Assembly: GCA_964270895.1 (NCBI GenBank)
Contig: OZ185443.1
Origin: Podarcis filfolensis
Taxonomy: Eukaryota
Reading direction: 5' to 3' (one strand)
Length of the DNA: 64,000 nt
The position numbers and the translations under genes were made by a program. Position 1 is the stretch's first letter; each line of letters starts with the position of its first letter. Below, piece by piece: positions 40,001 through 52,400 of the stretch. The notes beneath the pieces are model-generated. The model was given only the letters and a program-made list of their open reading frames with translations, was not told where the DNA came from and searched no databases.

Positions 40001-41763
40001 TTCTAAGTTGTAGGTTTCTTGCCAAAAAACTTCTACTGGCATAAGCAAGGTGTGGCCTCCAACCTGCTATTCAGCTCATATGGGATCACATTAGAATGTA
40101 AATGCAACCTTCCTCTGGTTCTAACTTAAATAAAAACCACACTGTACCACCTATTAATTAGATATGAGAAACCAGAGGTTTCAGGAGGTTCATCCAACAA
40201 GTACTGCAAATCTCACCACCACCTAGGTGGAATCTACACACATATAAAAAAATACATCTAGTGTCACATTTGTATACTGCACTTACAACACATTTAAAAT
40301 GTTTTATTTGCAGCTGTATAGCTGAGTTCTTAGACACCCATTTGTTAAACAACAGATTCTTTTGGGCACACATCTGGAAATCGCCCTTTCAGAACCACCT
40401 CTTTGTACAATTAGCTTTCCCCACCTAATTCCATCCCCTGCATTCTCCCACAAGCCCCACAGTTCCTTTTACCCAGCAGTCCCTCCTTCCGTTTGCCTAA
40501 GTTAGTAAGCTCCTGGGTAGTATCTGCCTTATAATCAACCACTTCTCCAGAACATAAGCAAGGATCAGTACTAATTATCTGTCTTTAAATCCTCCTCCGC
40601 CGCCTTTTCAGATTTACCATGAATTTTCGCTTTCCCTCCTCTCCAACTGTGTTACAGACTCATCTCCTCTTTCTCTCTTCCTGGGAACACTTCCGTAGTT
40701 ATTTCCATGAGCATAGCCAGAATTTTTGTTAGGGCCAAAGTTGTTGAACTTTTTTGCCCCCCCCCCGGCTATTCCCATGGTTATTCCCAGCATTCTTAAT
40801 AAACTACAGTTCCCAGGCTTCTTTGACAGGTAAATTAATGTTGTGTACACAGCTTTCCTGATCAATGTGGAGGAAGGTGGAATCTCCCAAAACTGGGCTT
40901 GAACAACTTAATATGAAACTTCAAGGAAGGAATATTCCCCCTGCCTTCCCCCAGCAACCCAACTCATCTCACATTGCTCCAGAGAAGCTTTTCAGGAGCT
41001 GCAGCAGGCCAAACGTTTCCCTCCATGAAACTTCCTTAACATATCATAGGATCCAAGCCAGCATATACAAAATGCCCAGAGCTATGATTGAGCCGTGGGT
41101 TACTGACAGCACATGCAAACAATGTGCACTCAGTTTGTGTCTTTTTTAATTATTTTCTTTATTTATTAAATTTACATTCTGCCTTTCCTCCCAAAGAAGT
41201 CCAAGGTGGCAAACAAGCAATAAAACAACAAAACAGGTCTGCCTGCTACAAAACCTGATAGTTGTAAGCCTCTTAGCAGATCCACACCATACATTTAAAG
41301 CAGATCCAATGCACATTTAAAGCAAAAGAATCTTGGGAACTATAACTTGCCCCCTCAGAGTTACCACAATTCCCAGAATTCTTTGGGAGAAGTCATGTAC
41401 TTTAAACACGTGTGCACGTTGTCTCCTGAGGCAGATGAATGCCAACCAATGTCTAAATGCCAATTGCTATGAAGCACAGAGCGGGAGATAGCAACTGTCT
41501 TCATGTCTGGGTCGTGGGCTTCCCAGGAGCATTGGGCTGGCCACTGTTGGCAAGAGATCGCTGGGGCTGCTCAAACTTGGAAGGTTTTTACAGAATCTGC
41601 ATGCCCACACATCCACATGTGAGCATAAAATGCCACCTTATCTCACCCCATCTCCAATTTAATTTGGATTTACCATTTCCATGGAAAATCCATTTAAAAA
41701 TAAAAATAAAAAACCCTGTTTCCAGCAACACATTTGTGATGTCTGAATGACCCATTTGCAGTA

Positions 41764-42013
41764 CAGCGGTGCCTCGGGTTACTTATGCTTCAGGTTACAT
41801 ACGCTTCAGGTTACAGACTCCGCTAACCCAGAAATAGTACCTCAGGTTAAGAACTTTGCTTCAGGATGAGAACCGAAATCGTGTTCCGGCGGCGTGGCAG
41901 CAGCAGGAGGCCCCATTAGCTAAAGTGGTGCTTCAGGTTAAGAACAGTTTCAGGTTAAGAACAGAACTCCAGAACACATTAAGTACTTAACCTGAGGTAC
42001 CTCAGTACCACTG
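41764..42013. mobile_element. TcMar-Tigger-type MITE (250 bp)
   Basis: TIRs cagcggtgcctcgggtta / taacctgaggtac[ctcagtac]cactg; TA TSD at 41762-41763 and 42014-42015; repeated cttcaggtta motifs. Confidence 0.85.
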
Positions 42014-43144
42014 TATTAAGCCCCCATCTAGAAGGAACCTGATGTTCTTGGGAAATGCTTTTCTCAGCAAAATACAAGGAAAGGCGAAGACCGTGACTCT
42101 ATGTATCTTGACGAGAAAAGCAGCAATTGAAATATTCATATCCTTCACAAGGCAGAAGAACCAGAGTGCAAGCAGTAGGAGCATATGAAGGAGCACCAAG
42201 ATTAGGGACCTTTCTTTTAACATACTGCAGGGCAATGAAGTGTAGTTTTTGTGCCATCTGCCCCATCACATCTTAGCTGCCAGACATGACCAAAGGCTGG
42301 TTAACAAGCTACCATTTTTGTATCACCCTAATGGGCTGAAATGAACCAGCCTGGTTATGAGGCCGGTCTAAGGCATCAAACAGGGCCTTTCAGCAGGCAA
42401 TTGAACATCCCTCTCACACAGACCAGAGGTTCTATATTTAACAAAGCTGGGCAACTGAAATGGCTCTTCAACCAGAAAGTAATTATTCAGTTCATGAAGC
42501 ACACTGCTGTAAATCCTCCCTAAGATTCAAAAAAGGCAGACATATAAGCCACTTGATACTGAATAAAATCTTTTAAAAGGCCACATAGAAGCCATTAAAG
42601 TACATTCAGAAGTCCTCAGCTATTTCCCTAATGGGATTAAAACAGCCACACAATAACTACAAGAAACACGAGGAGAAATTACTGCTAGAAATAAAACGCT
42701 GGGGTCTCTACCAGGCAGAATGAATGCCAGTGTGCTAAAGATGCCAGCTGTCCTCAGTAGACACATTTGTTCTGGAAATGCATTTCCCCCTCTTTCATTC
42801 CCCACCTGGTCCAACTCACAAGCTGGAAGACAGGGTTATTGGGTACATAAAAACAATTAAACCTTATTTACTGGGATGCGATAAACAAAGCACACCAGAT
42901 TTAAATCATTTAAACAGAAAAGCCACAGGCTAACGAAAAAGTATCCTTAGTTTTGAGCTATTTTTTTAACATTGTTGGTCATTCTAATGGACCCATAACA
43001 TTTATACAGCCCTGTGCCCTCAGAGTGGCCACTTTTCTTCAATTAGTCTTGACAACATTGAGATCAATGAACATTGTGCAGGAATGTCAGATTTGGTGAA
43101 CTTCAAATCCCACATTAATTCTTACGGCTATGGTTTGTTGTTTT

Positions 43145-43147
<3 letters not shown>

Positions 43148-43187
<40 letters not shown>
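43148..43187. repeat. (AC)20 microsatellite
   Basis: Directly visible. Confidence 0.97.
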
Positions 43188-43189
<2 letters not shown>

Positions 43190-43707
43190 AAAAATATGGT
43201 GCTTCCAACAAAACTGATGAAATCTTTTATAACCTTAACATATCCAACGGCTATATATTTATTCCCACTGGAGAAGGATTCCCATTTGCTATTAACTTGG
43301 GATTTTACCGTTCAGCACCAGAAAAAACATTTATAACTCTTGAAGAATAAGAAGTACATTTATTGCCCCAGGCTGAATAATCTCTCATCATTATGTTTCT
43401 ACGTGCTTTTGGCAGGGCCAGAAAAAGAGAAAGATATGCAATGATGTACAACATGCAGTACAATACATAAGGTGTGCACTAATGCATTGGGACTAAACCT
43501 GCCATCATAACCCTTTCATTTGTAAATCATTATAAAAATGCATTTTGTATGGCAGCAGTTTTGTGCAACTTGGTGCTACTTTTATTTGAATTCAGTATTT
43601 TCGGTTCAGCTCCTCTTCACTTCCATTAAACAGCTTCTGCTACTCTTGCACCTCTAATGAGATGGAGAGTGGCCAGAAGTGATCACAATGAACACTACTA
43701 AACAGTT

Positions 43708-43916
43708 CAGGGGTCAGAAAATCTTTTGAATCCCTGGGTACATTTGCAAACTGAAGAAACTGACGTGGCCGCTACACACACTGCAACCTACTCTATTGGC
43801 TACAGTGGAATGTTTTTTGCCAGGCCCCATCTGGTTGGGGTCCCTTCGGTGGGGAAGGGACCTAGTGGGCAAAGGCTTCTGCAGGTGCACCCTTGGGTGC
43901 CATGTTAATGACCCTG
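43708..43916. mobile_element. Old hAT-Charlie-like MITE
   Basis: Ends caggggtcagaaaa ... ttaatgaccctg; flanking 8-mers do not match. Confidence 0.4.
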
Positions 43917-44167
43917 ATGTAATGTCAACAAGCTGGCAAGAAGAAAAAGAGCTACAAACAAGCTTTGTTGCACAGAGTTGGAAAAATAAATAATGCAGAT
44001 ATGACAAAGGGGGGGGGGGGGGCCAAGACAAGGCAGAGGACCCCATAGCTAATTCAACGTTGCACTCTTCTAATTGTCAGACAAAATGAGCCTCCCTCTC
44101 TTCCCCTCGTGATACTATGAAGCCAAGCATGCCTCCTAAAAACAGTATATGATTTAGTGTTACTTAC

Positions 44168-45042
44168 TCAAAAAAAGTTGTCCATCCAGTCTCATCACTT
44201 TTCGTTGCTAGGAGTCCACTGTTGCCATGATAGGTAAACAAGACTAGCTCCTGCCCTTGGGCTGTCATGCTTTTTAGACATCCATTGGTTCCTATAGTTA
44301 GCCAGATAACTTGGTTGTCAGGAGATACTACCCTCACTGGCATCCGGTTGGGATCTCGCCTTATACGAAGCGTATTTCCATTGCTGTCAGTTACAGCCGT
44401 GATGTCGTTGTCGTTACTGTAGCTAAAATTGTACAGATAGTCTCCTGTGACTAAACTCATCGTGTACTGATGGGTGCCGTTGACATCAAAGATGTAGAGT
44501 TCCTGATCGGTTGGAGAGGCAACTTCATAAAAATTCATTGAAGTCAGCAACGGTTTGTTCTTTGACACAGCTCGTATCCGAATATTTCCAAGATCAGCAA
44601 TGTACAACGTTCCATCAGGTGAGGCAGCTAAAGAAGATGGGGCATTAAGTTTGGCATCTTTAGCATAACCATCACCATTTTGGTAGCAGTCACAGTTAAC
44701 ATCATTTTTGCAATCACACTCGGAGGGTATTCCAGCAACTAATGAGATCTCTCCATCAGTTGTGACTTGTCTTATTCTGTTAATCTTTTTTTCATCGGTT
44801 TCTGTAATGTAAAGCACTCCACTGTAAGATACAGCAATTGCTGTGGCTGATTCTAAAGTAGTCTGTACAGCATGTTTCCCCACTGTGTACTCCACTCCAG
44901 GAACTTGGCAATGCATTGGCCTCCCAGCAGCAATACGGACTTGCCGATTTTCAGTAATCTGAAGAACTACGTTGTTATCTAACACATATATGGAGTTATC
45001 CATTGGATTGATAGCCAAATCCGTTGGCCACTCCAGACGCAC
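44168..45042 (-). CDS. TENM3: TENM3 window exon 7 ([12 protein letters not shown]...GWTTFF), NHL end and first YD repeats
   Basis: Acceptor ttttaaaag|GTG; donor TTTGA|gtaagt; 875 nt, phase 0 to 2. Confidence 0.96.
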
Positions 45043-45339
45043 CTTTTAAAAAAAGGAAAAGTGTTTTATTAGCCAATTATTATCTTTAGCAAAGATAGTT
45101 TTCTAACTGAACAAGTGCTAGAGATACCACTTTTGAAACAGTTCTCTGTTTTTCTGAAGTTACATAGAATTACATATATAAAAGGAAATGTGGTAGTTTA
45201 AATTATTGCCCCTAGGGTGTATATAAAGGGCAGGGGGGGAATGGAACCAGGGAAACTGGAGTGCTGGAAACACTAAAACTGAATGCTAAAAACATTATTT
45301 TTATTTACATTTCATTTAGTCCAAGAGCACATGTTTGTA

Positions 45340-45535
45340 ACGGTTCTGATTCAGTTAATGTTAGTCATGACTAAAGTCATAACCATGTCTACTCAAAAGT
45401 AAGCCACACTGAATTCAGTGGGGCTTACTCCCAGGTAGGCGGTGTTAGGACTGCAGTACAAGTTAATTGTGCTAAGTTGTTCCATTGGTTTTAATGGGAC
45501 TGAGTCATGACTATAATTCTGGGTGAATCTGGCAC
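45340..45535. mobile_element. Nested short palindromic (Harbinger-like) MITE remnants
   Basis: tagtcatgactaa and gagtcatgacta palindromes flank a Chompy-like segment (45388-45457). Confidence 0.4.
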
Positions 45536-46942
45536 TTAGAAATCATATTTTTCTAAATATAAAATATGCCAATGCTAAATAAAGGTAAGATCTTTTCCAA
45601 TATGACACAGATTAATGTTTGCTATTATTTTTCTCTCAGAATAGCAAGTCTCTTTAGTGCTGGGGGGAAACCATAGAAATCAATAGAAAAAGTTATCTGT
45701 TGTTGAAAAAATATATCACAGAGTTCAAAACTGCAGACTAGAGGCATTAGTAGAAGTTGGTATTAGAAACATCAGAATGCCAATACTTTTCTAATATATT
45801 TGCTGCTCCACTTGTATTTTATGACTGTACCTCTTGTAAATAATTATGGTCTTCTCTACTGTCCCTAAAATTTATTGTAAAAGTAGGTGTATAATTCTGA
45901 TACTTATGCTCTTAGAATAAGCTCCTTATCGTGAAGATATAGTATAAAAAACAGTTCAGAATGCTTCTAGACACCTGCTTATTCTAGGATTGGAGCTACA
46001 ATATATATACATGTCATCAAATTGCCATCTAATCCGGAATTACACTTTCCCAGGAAAAATCTGAAAAATACATAAATACATAAGCAAACAACTCATTTAT
46101 GATATCTTAACTGTTTGAAAGGACCCTTTCTATGAATGTTTACTCAGAATTAAGTCCCTGTTCCCCCTCAGCACTGAGGAGAGTGGCCATGGTGGCCTGG
46201 TGCGGTCATGGCAGCTTCAGCATGGCAGGAGGGGAAGCTTCTGTCTCCTCTCGCCACAGTGACTGTAGGACTTATTTGCAAGGTTCAGCAGCCAATTGCA
46301 AGCAAGTGGATCAGAGGGAGCACTTCCTCCTGGTCAGCTTTCTAGTCATAAAAGCTCAGGCCTCAGTCAACATTGGATTCTTCACCCTCCGTCCCTTGTT
46401 AATGTGGCTTAATGGGCTGCCTGAGGGAAAGTAAGCATGACCTTGCTATGGAAGTACATGGGTCACCATATTTGGGGCCAGCGAAGAATTCTCCCTGCAG
46501 ACCCATTAGGCCTGTCTGCAGGGATTTGCCTGCACCAGAGCAACTAACATAACTTCCTGGTGGACAATGCATTGGGTTTGATCCGTCTGGGAGGCCAGGG
46601 GATGGCCCTCCTTGCTCTGCTGTCATGGAGTATCTCCTTAAAGGAGCCTAGGGTGCTACACATCCAGACTTCCATCTTGGGGACTAATGGGCCATAGTGT
46701 TCCCCCACCAGTGATCATGGGGGTCTCCTATATGTGATGCACATTGGAAGGTGACCCTTAACCTTGATCAAGCAGCAGTAACACTGGTTGATTTCAGGAT
46801 ACATGCCTACTCCAGAAGCTGCTGACATCTGTTATCAATAGAAGCTGTGGCCTGATTAAATCCCAATACTGCTGCCTTGTGTTTTTATTGTGTGTATGCC
46901 CTCAGCCTTGGCTCCACTGCCCCTGGGTCTGCAATGGTACTG

Positions 46943-47625
46943 ATTTCAAGCATTCTCCCCTCCTGTGTTCAGCAACTGGTATTAAGAAGTATTGCTGCCT
47001 CCAACCGTGGAGCCAAAACATACTGTATTTTTCGCTCTATAAGACGCACTTCCCCCCTCCTAAAAAGTAAGGGGAAATGTGTGTGCGTCTTATGGAGCAA
47101 ATGCAGGCAGGAGCCTCTGCTCAGCGCTCCCTTTAAAGAGCCCCGTGGAGTGTGTGTGCGGCTCTTGGGGGCTTTTCCCCGAGGAGGAGAGCTCCCATTG
47201 CTGGGGAGAGGCTGCATGCAGCTAAACCAGAAGCCAGAACAGCCAGCGGGATTGCAGCGCAGCGATCCCACTGTCATGAACCCCAGAAGCCAGAACAGCC
47301 AGCGGGATTGCAGCATAGCGATCCCGCTGTCCTGAACCCCAGAAGCCAGGACAGCAAGCGGGATCGCTGCGCAGCGATCCTACTTGCTGTACTGGCTTCG
47401 GGGATTCAGAATCCCACCCCCCCTTGTTTTCCTCTTCCAAAAACTAGCGGTGTCTTATGGTCTGGCGCGCCTTATAGAGCGAAAAATACGGTAGCTATCA
47501 TGGCTAACAAATAGCTATCAATAGCCCTCTCCTCCATGAATTTTAGTCTTCTGTTAAGGCAATCTCGGTTGGTTGCAGTCACTGCCTCCTGTGGGAGGAA
47601 GTTTCATAATTTACCTGTGTGCTGC
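46943..47625 (-). mobile_element. CR1 LINE 3' fragment interrupted by a Tc2 MITE
   Basis: Removing 47023-47491 and one TA restores ...ccgtggagccaaaacaTAgctatcatggct..., the reverse complement of the recalled CR1 ORF2 end and 3'UTR. Confidence 0.7.
47023..47491. mobile_element. TcMar-Tc2-type MITE (469 bp) with internal ~57-bp palindromic tandem units
   Basis: TIRs ctgtatttttcgctctataagacgcac / gcgccttatagagcgaaaaatacgg; TA TSD at 47021-47022 and 47492-47493. Confidence 0.88.
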
Positions 47626-47677
47626 GTTTCTATCATGGTCCCCCTAAAACAACTAATAGGTCTGTTTTTTTAAATAC

Positions 47678-47832
47678 CTGACTGATGTGCATGCTGGTAT
47701 CACATGTTAAAGGTCTAGCTGAAGTCAGATCATTTGAGCCAAGTAATGTTGATATTATTCCATTCTGGTCCACTTTCCTGATCATAGTCCCATCAACAAA
47801 GTAGATTAATCCATTTTTGTCAACTGCCACTC
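47678..47832 (-). CDS. TENM3: TENM3 window exon 6 ([15 protein letters not shown]...MHISQ), NHL
   Basis: Acceptor tacccaag|GA; donor CAG|gtattt; 155 nt, phase 1 to 0. Confidence 0.95.
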
Positions 47833-48393
47833 CTTGGGTAAAGAAACAAAACATAACACCAAGAGTTTGTTACTTGTTTTTGATCAAAACTATTAAACCT
47901 ATTTTCCTGCTCTGTTTATTCATCTTTTCCCACAAAGCCAGAAAATGGGTCTGAAAATATTAACAAAAATGATAGGTTTTAAACATCACATGCAGCCTCA
48001 TGAGGTTTATATTAGAACAACATGTATGAAAGGAAAACATTCTGCTTGTGGGGGGTGAAATCCAACAAGCACTGCTCCTAATGGACTCATTTAAATATTG
48101 TTTCTGGACTGGACCCTTTGCAATTTGCTCAGTATGAAGTCTTTGTGGCATAAGTGGAATGTGAAAAAATATTTATAATGAATTATAATAAATGATTAAT
48201 ATTCAGTGGGGGTGGGGAACTAAAAACCTCACTTTCTGCAGTTATACTTTTGGATAACTTTGCCATTCACAAACTGAAAACAAGCTTTTGGAAACACAGG
48301 TCTGAATGAATAAATAACTAGGTAGCATGAAATGCTCTTGTGTGTGCTGACTGAACTGTGTTTTGCTCTTCATAAATTGACAGTTTCCTCCAC

Positions 48394-48626
48394 CTTTGGG
48401 GCTCATGAGTGTCGCTTCTACAGCCTTGCCACCATCACCACATCTGGCTTCGTCAAATGGAAGGCACTGCTCCCCAGTTCCTGCTACCACTTCAGCATTT
48501 TTTGTCAAGTCCTTTGCCCCAGTGAGTGACTTTGGACGGTAAATCCTTCGTGTGTTGGTGTCAGAAACATACAATTCTCCTGTGACTGGGTCAGTTGCAA
48601 GGTAGTATCTATGAGCCGGGTTACTG
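48394..48626 (-). CDS. TENM3: TENM3 window exon 5 ([17 protein letters not shown]...TLMSPK), NHL
   Basis: Acceptor ttctgcag|CAG (tandem NAGNAG); donor AAAG|gtggag; 233 nt, phase 2 to 1. Confidence 0.94.
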
Positions 48627-49104
48627 CTGCAGAAAGGGAAACAACACGTTTTAGCACAGTAAGCAATATTCACTATTACATTTCAAAAGACAGTCTATCA
48701 ATTGACTTAGAAAGCAAATAATTGAAGCAAGCAACCCCTGTTGCCATTCAAAAATTAGAGTGAAGACAGGCAGCCATAGCTGAGTGTGGTGGAAGTGATC
48801 TTAACACACATTCTTAGTCTTGGGGACCAACAGCTCTGAATGCAGCAAATCTGTGTTCAAACCGCTTTTATTGCACTGCAGTGTCAATCTCACTTCACCC
48901 CTAGTCATAATGGTATCAAAAAGGCCCAATGAAAACATGGTATGCTTGCTTCTTACTTTCTGCAAAGTATTTTTAAGGGTGGGAGGGGGAACAGAAAGTG
49001 TTGATGTGCTGCTGTTGTTTTAAACACATTGTATGTTATGTGTCAACTCTGAAAAGAGAATGTGTAAGTGAAAATCAGTGCGTTTGTTTGAAGTGTTTAA
49101 TGAA

Positions 49105-49456
49105 GGGATGCGGGTGGTGCTGTGGGTAAACCACAGAGCCTAGGATTTGCCGATCAGAAGGTTGGCAGTTCGAATCCCCACGACGGGGTGAGCTGCCGTT
49201 GCTCGGTCCCTGCTCCTGCCAACCTAGCAGTTCGAAAGCACGTCAAAGTGCAAGTAGATAAATAGGTACCGCTCTGGCGGGAAGGCAAACGGCGTTTCCG
49301 TGTGCTGCTCTGGTTCGCCAGAAGCGGCTTAGTCATGCTGGCCACATGACTGGAAGCTGTACGCCGGCTCCCTCGGCCAATAAAGCGAGATGAGTGTCGC
49401 AACCCCAGAGTCGGCCATGACTGGACCAATGGTCAGGGGTCCCTTTACCTTTACCT
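49105..49456 (+). mobile_element. Full-length Sauria SINE (Squam1, Podarcis POM-like)
   Basis: tRNA-like head gggatgcgggtggtgctgtgg...ttcgaatcccc; tail ccctttacctttacc; TSD aagtgtttaatg at 49091-49102 and 49457-49468. Confidence 0.93.
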
Positions 49457-52400
49457 AAGTGTTTAATGTAATGTTGGTTAGTTAAAAGTTGGTTAGTGTA
49501 TTGCTGTTTTGCAATTGAGAAACAGTCAAATAAATACATATTTTTAAAAGACGGGAAGAGTGTTGATGGATTCTTCCACCTTGCGGAAAGGTAATGGAAT
49601 AAACACCGTTTTGGTTCCTTTTAATTATATAAATGTGCAAACGTCATTTTGAGTATTACCTTCAAATCAATAGCACTGGATTAGATCACTCTACAGCCTA
49701 TGTTTTTCAAATTGCACCTATGTCACTAACTATATTATTTCAAGTAATCTAGACCACTTGAGTCCATGATGCATAATATTCATAAACAGAAGAGACTGTT
49801 CATGCTACTGATTGGAAGGCATGTGATTACTGGATGTGATTTAGCAGGTCAGATGGCATATTTTAGAAGTAAGTTCAGTTTCTTGTCTTAAGTCATCTTA
49901 AATCATTACAAACTTTCACATAAAACTACCAAATATGCTGGACCATCCTTCTATGAAATAAAGCCACTTTTCAAAGAACACAGAGCACAAGACACCATAA
50001 ACCTTATACAACTGAAACATTTCTCTCCTATGGAATGAGTAGCTCTAGAGAATACATTTGTTGCTCAAAGATACAATCCAGAAGCTTAATTAGTTGCATC
50101 TATGACAGTGCATCTGAGTTATGGTGCTCAGAACTGAAATGAATATATAGATGGCAGTGCTAGTGTCTGCTAACACACAGAGCCCAAGTGCCACGGCAGT
50201 CAGTTGCATCTCTAATGTGTTTGCAAATGCAGTGCTAAAATGTATCTACCAATCTTGGTGATATCTGAGCATCTGTTCACAAAACATAGTGCCTTGTTTT
50301 TCATAAATATAACACAGTGCTAATGTACTTCTGTTTGCAAAAGGCAACCGAGGCCAACATAAACAAGTTGTGAACAAATTACATTTTGGAGCACAGACAT
50401 TTCTAAAGCATACAACTAAAGCAATGTAACATCCGAAACAAAATAAAACAGCAGCAGAATAGGCACAAAATAAAATAAGCAACATGGTATAACAATACTG
50501 TGAAAGAGCTAAAACTACTAAACGTTTTTAAAGACTGAAAAGCCCAAGAAAAGGTCTGCACCTGGCACTAAGCTGGTTGAGCCCCTTTAGGTAGGTTATT
50601 CAATTACTGGGGAGCCACCACAAAAAAAGTTCTATCTCTACCTCATCACGTTTGGCATGGGCACTTGAAGAAGTATCTCTACGTAGATGACTTTAGGACC
50701 CAAGCAAGTGGTGGAGTTGATTGTCAGATAACCTGGTCCAAAGCAGAGGCAAATTTAGGGCAGTGCGACTGGTTCCACTGCACTGGATACGGAGTCTAGG
50801 GGGTGCTGCAGGACTTCACAACTAGGATGTAGTCAATTGAGCAGAAAAAGGGTTTTTATTTGCCTTTTTTAAACTTCTGAATGCTCTATTAACTAGATTT
50901 AGCTTTTCTCTATTTCTGAGAACTAGCCACGTAACTTAAAAGAGGTTTTTGTGCAACCCTGAACCTAAACTATGATGGTAATAATAGATTTTAAAAGATA
51001 TATATGCCTTTTTATATATGTACTTTTAATCTCTGTTCATTAATGTGCTTATTTGTTATATGCAATTCTTTTTTTGAACAGCACCAGGTGTACGGATAGT
51101 GCTTTAATTATTGGCATAAAAAAATATTTATATAAAATCCAACTTTGGATAAGTTTCAGGGCAATTAGCTTGGTTGTAGAATGACGAACAGTTTAAAATT
51201 AAAGCTTAAAACACATAATTTGCAGTATATTGTGGTTGGTTGAATTTTTGACCAATGAACTCCATCACTGATAAAAGGAGAAAGTGAACACACAACACAC
51301 ACACCCCATTTATTATTTGCATGGTGAAAAGAATGGCCCCAAATAGCATATTAATGTAAGGAAAGTTATCTTTGGAGTTTTATAGATGGAGAAGTTTTAA
51401 CTTAAATGGTTGAAATGGTCTGTACAGCTTTAGGTAGAGACCTACATGAGTGAATGCCGTATCCTGCTCCCCTGCCAAAAAAAACTGCACAAAGAAAACA
51501 CAATGTCAGGGACAAAACTAAACTAGAACCTGTCTCCCTAACATGTTATGTTTCTATGTGGGGGAAATAAGAGCGTTCAATAATCTGAAGCCCCACGTGC
51601 ATCATGAAAAGGCACAGCTCAGGAATTAGTTTACAACCTCAGCCTTGGTTGGGGAAAGTTGTCAAATGATCAATGTTCATGGTTATATAACTGCCCTGTA
51701 AACAATTCAGAACAAATGCTCAATAAAGACGGGACATAGTCTAACCACTGTGTAAGCTTTATACCAGCATATGAGGATGAATGCTGAATGAACAAGTCAT
51801 CTGATTTCTTTGCCATTAGGATTATTAAATCAATGAAAATGTGTGGATAATTCTAGTGGAGGCTCCTGACAAGTACAACATTTCTAACATGAGTAGAGAA
51901 ATCATTTTAGTACAATTTTGAAAATGACACTAGCTGTGCTATTGCCTGCCCCGCACAAGGCAGATGAATCTCTGAAGAATAATCATTAGCATGCTCCATG
52001 AGAATCCACGGCACTGAAAATAACCTCAACTCAGGAGACTTCAAAGACTCTGCGCTCTAGAGATTGACAATAATAATCTTGGCTGGCTGTAAAATGGCTG
52101 TTTTTGACTAACATGGGATATTCCCTTCTTTCTATTGAAACAAAATCTTTACCTTAATGTAGGCATTACAGGGCATACTTGGTGTAGTAAAAATCCTTCA
52201 TAGACAGAAAAATATCCAGTCTCTGCTACTGCAGTTGCCTCTGCAGCTCTTTATACATCTTTGTATTTCTCTAGGGAATCTCTGTAGTAGTGCACTAATC
52301 TCAAAGAAGTTGAACTCAACATTAATACACAATTGCCTGCTTCCCTCTAGAAATGTCCTTTTGTAGCAGAACCACACTAGTCTATCCAGGAAGTGCAACT

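Noticed and set aside
47232-47400. Repeat array resembling CRISPR
   Set aside because: No unique spacers, no cas genes, vertebrate context; it is internal to a TIR element.
46877-47514. ORFs of 115-152 aa
   Set aside because: Produced by GC-rich MITE repeats and a CR1 fragment.
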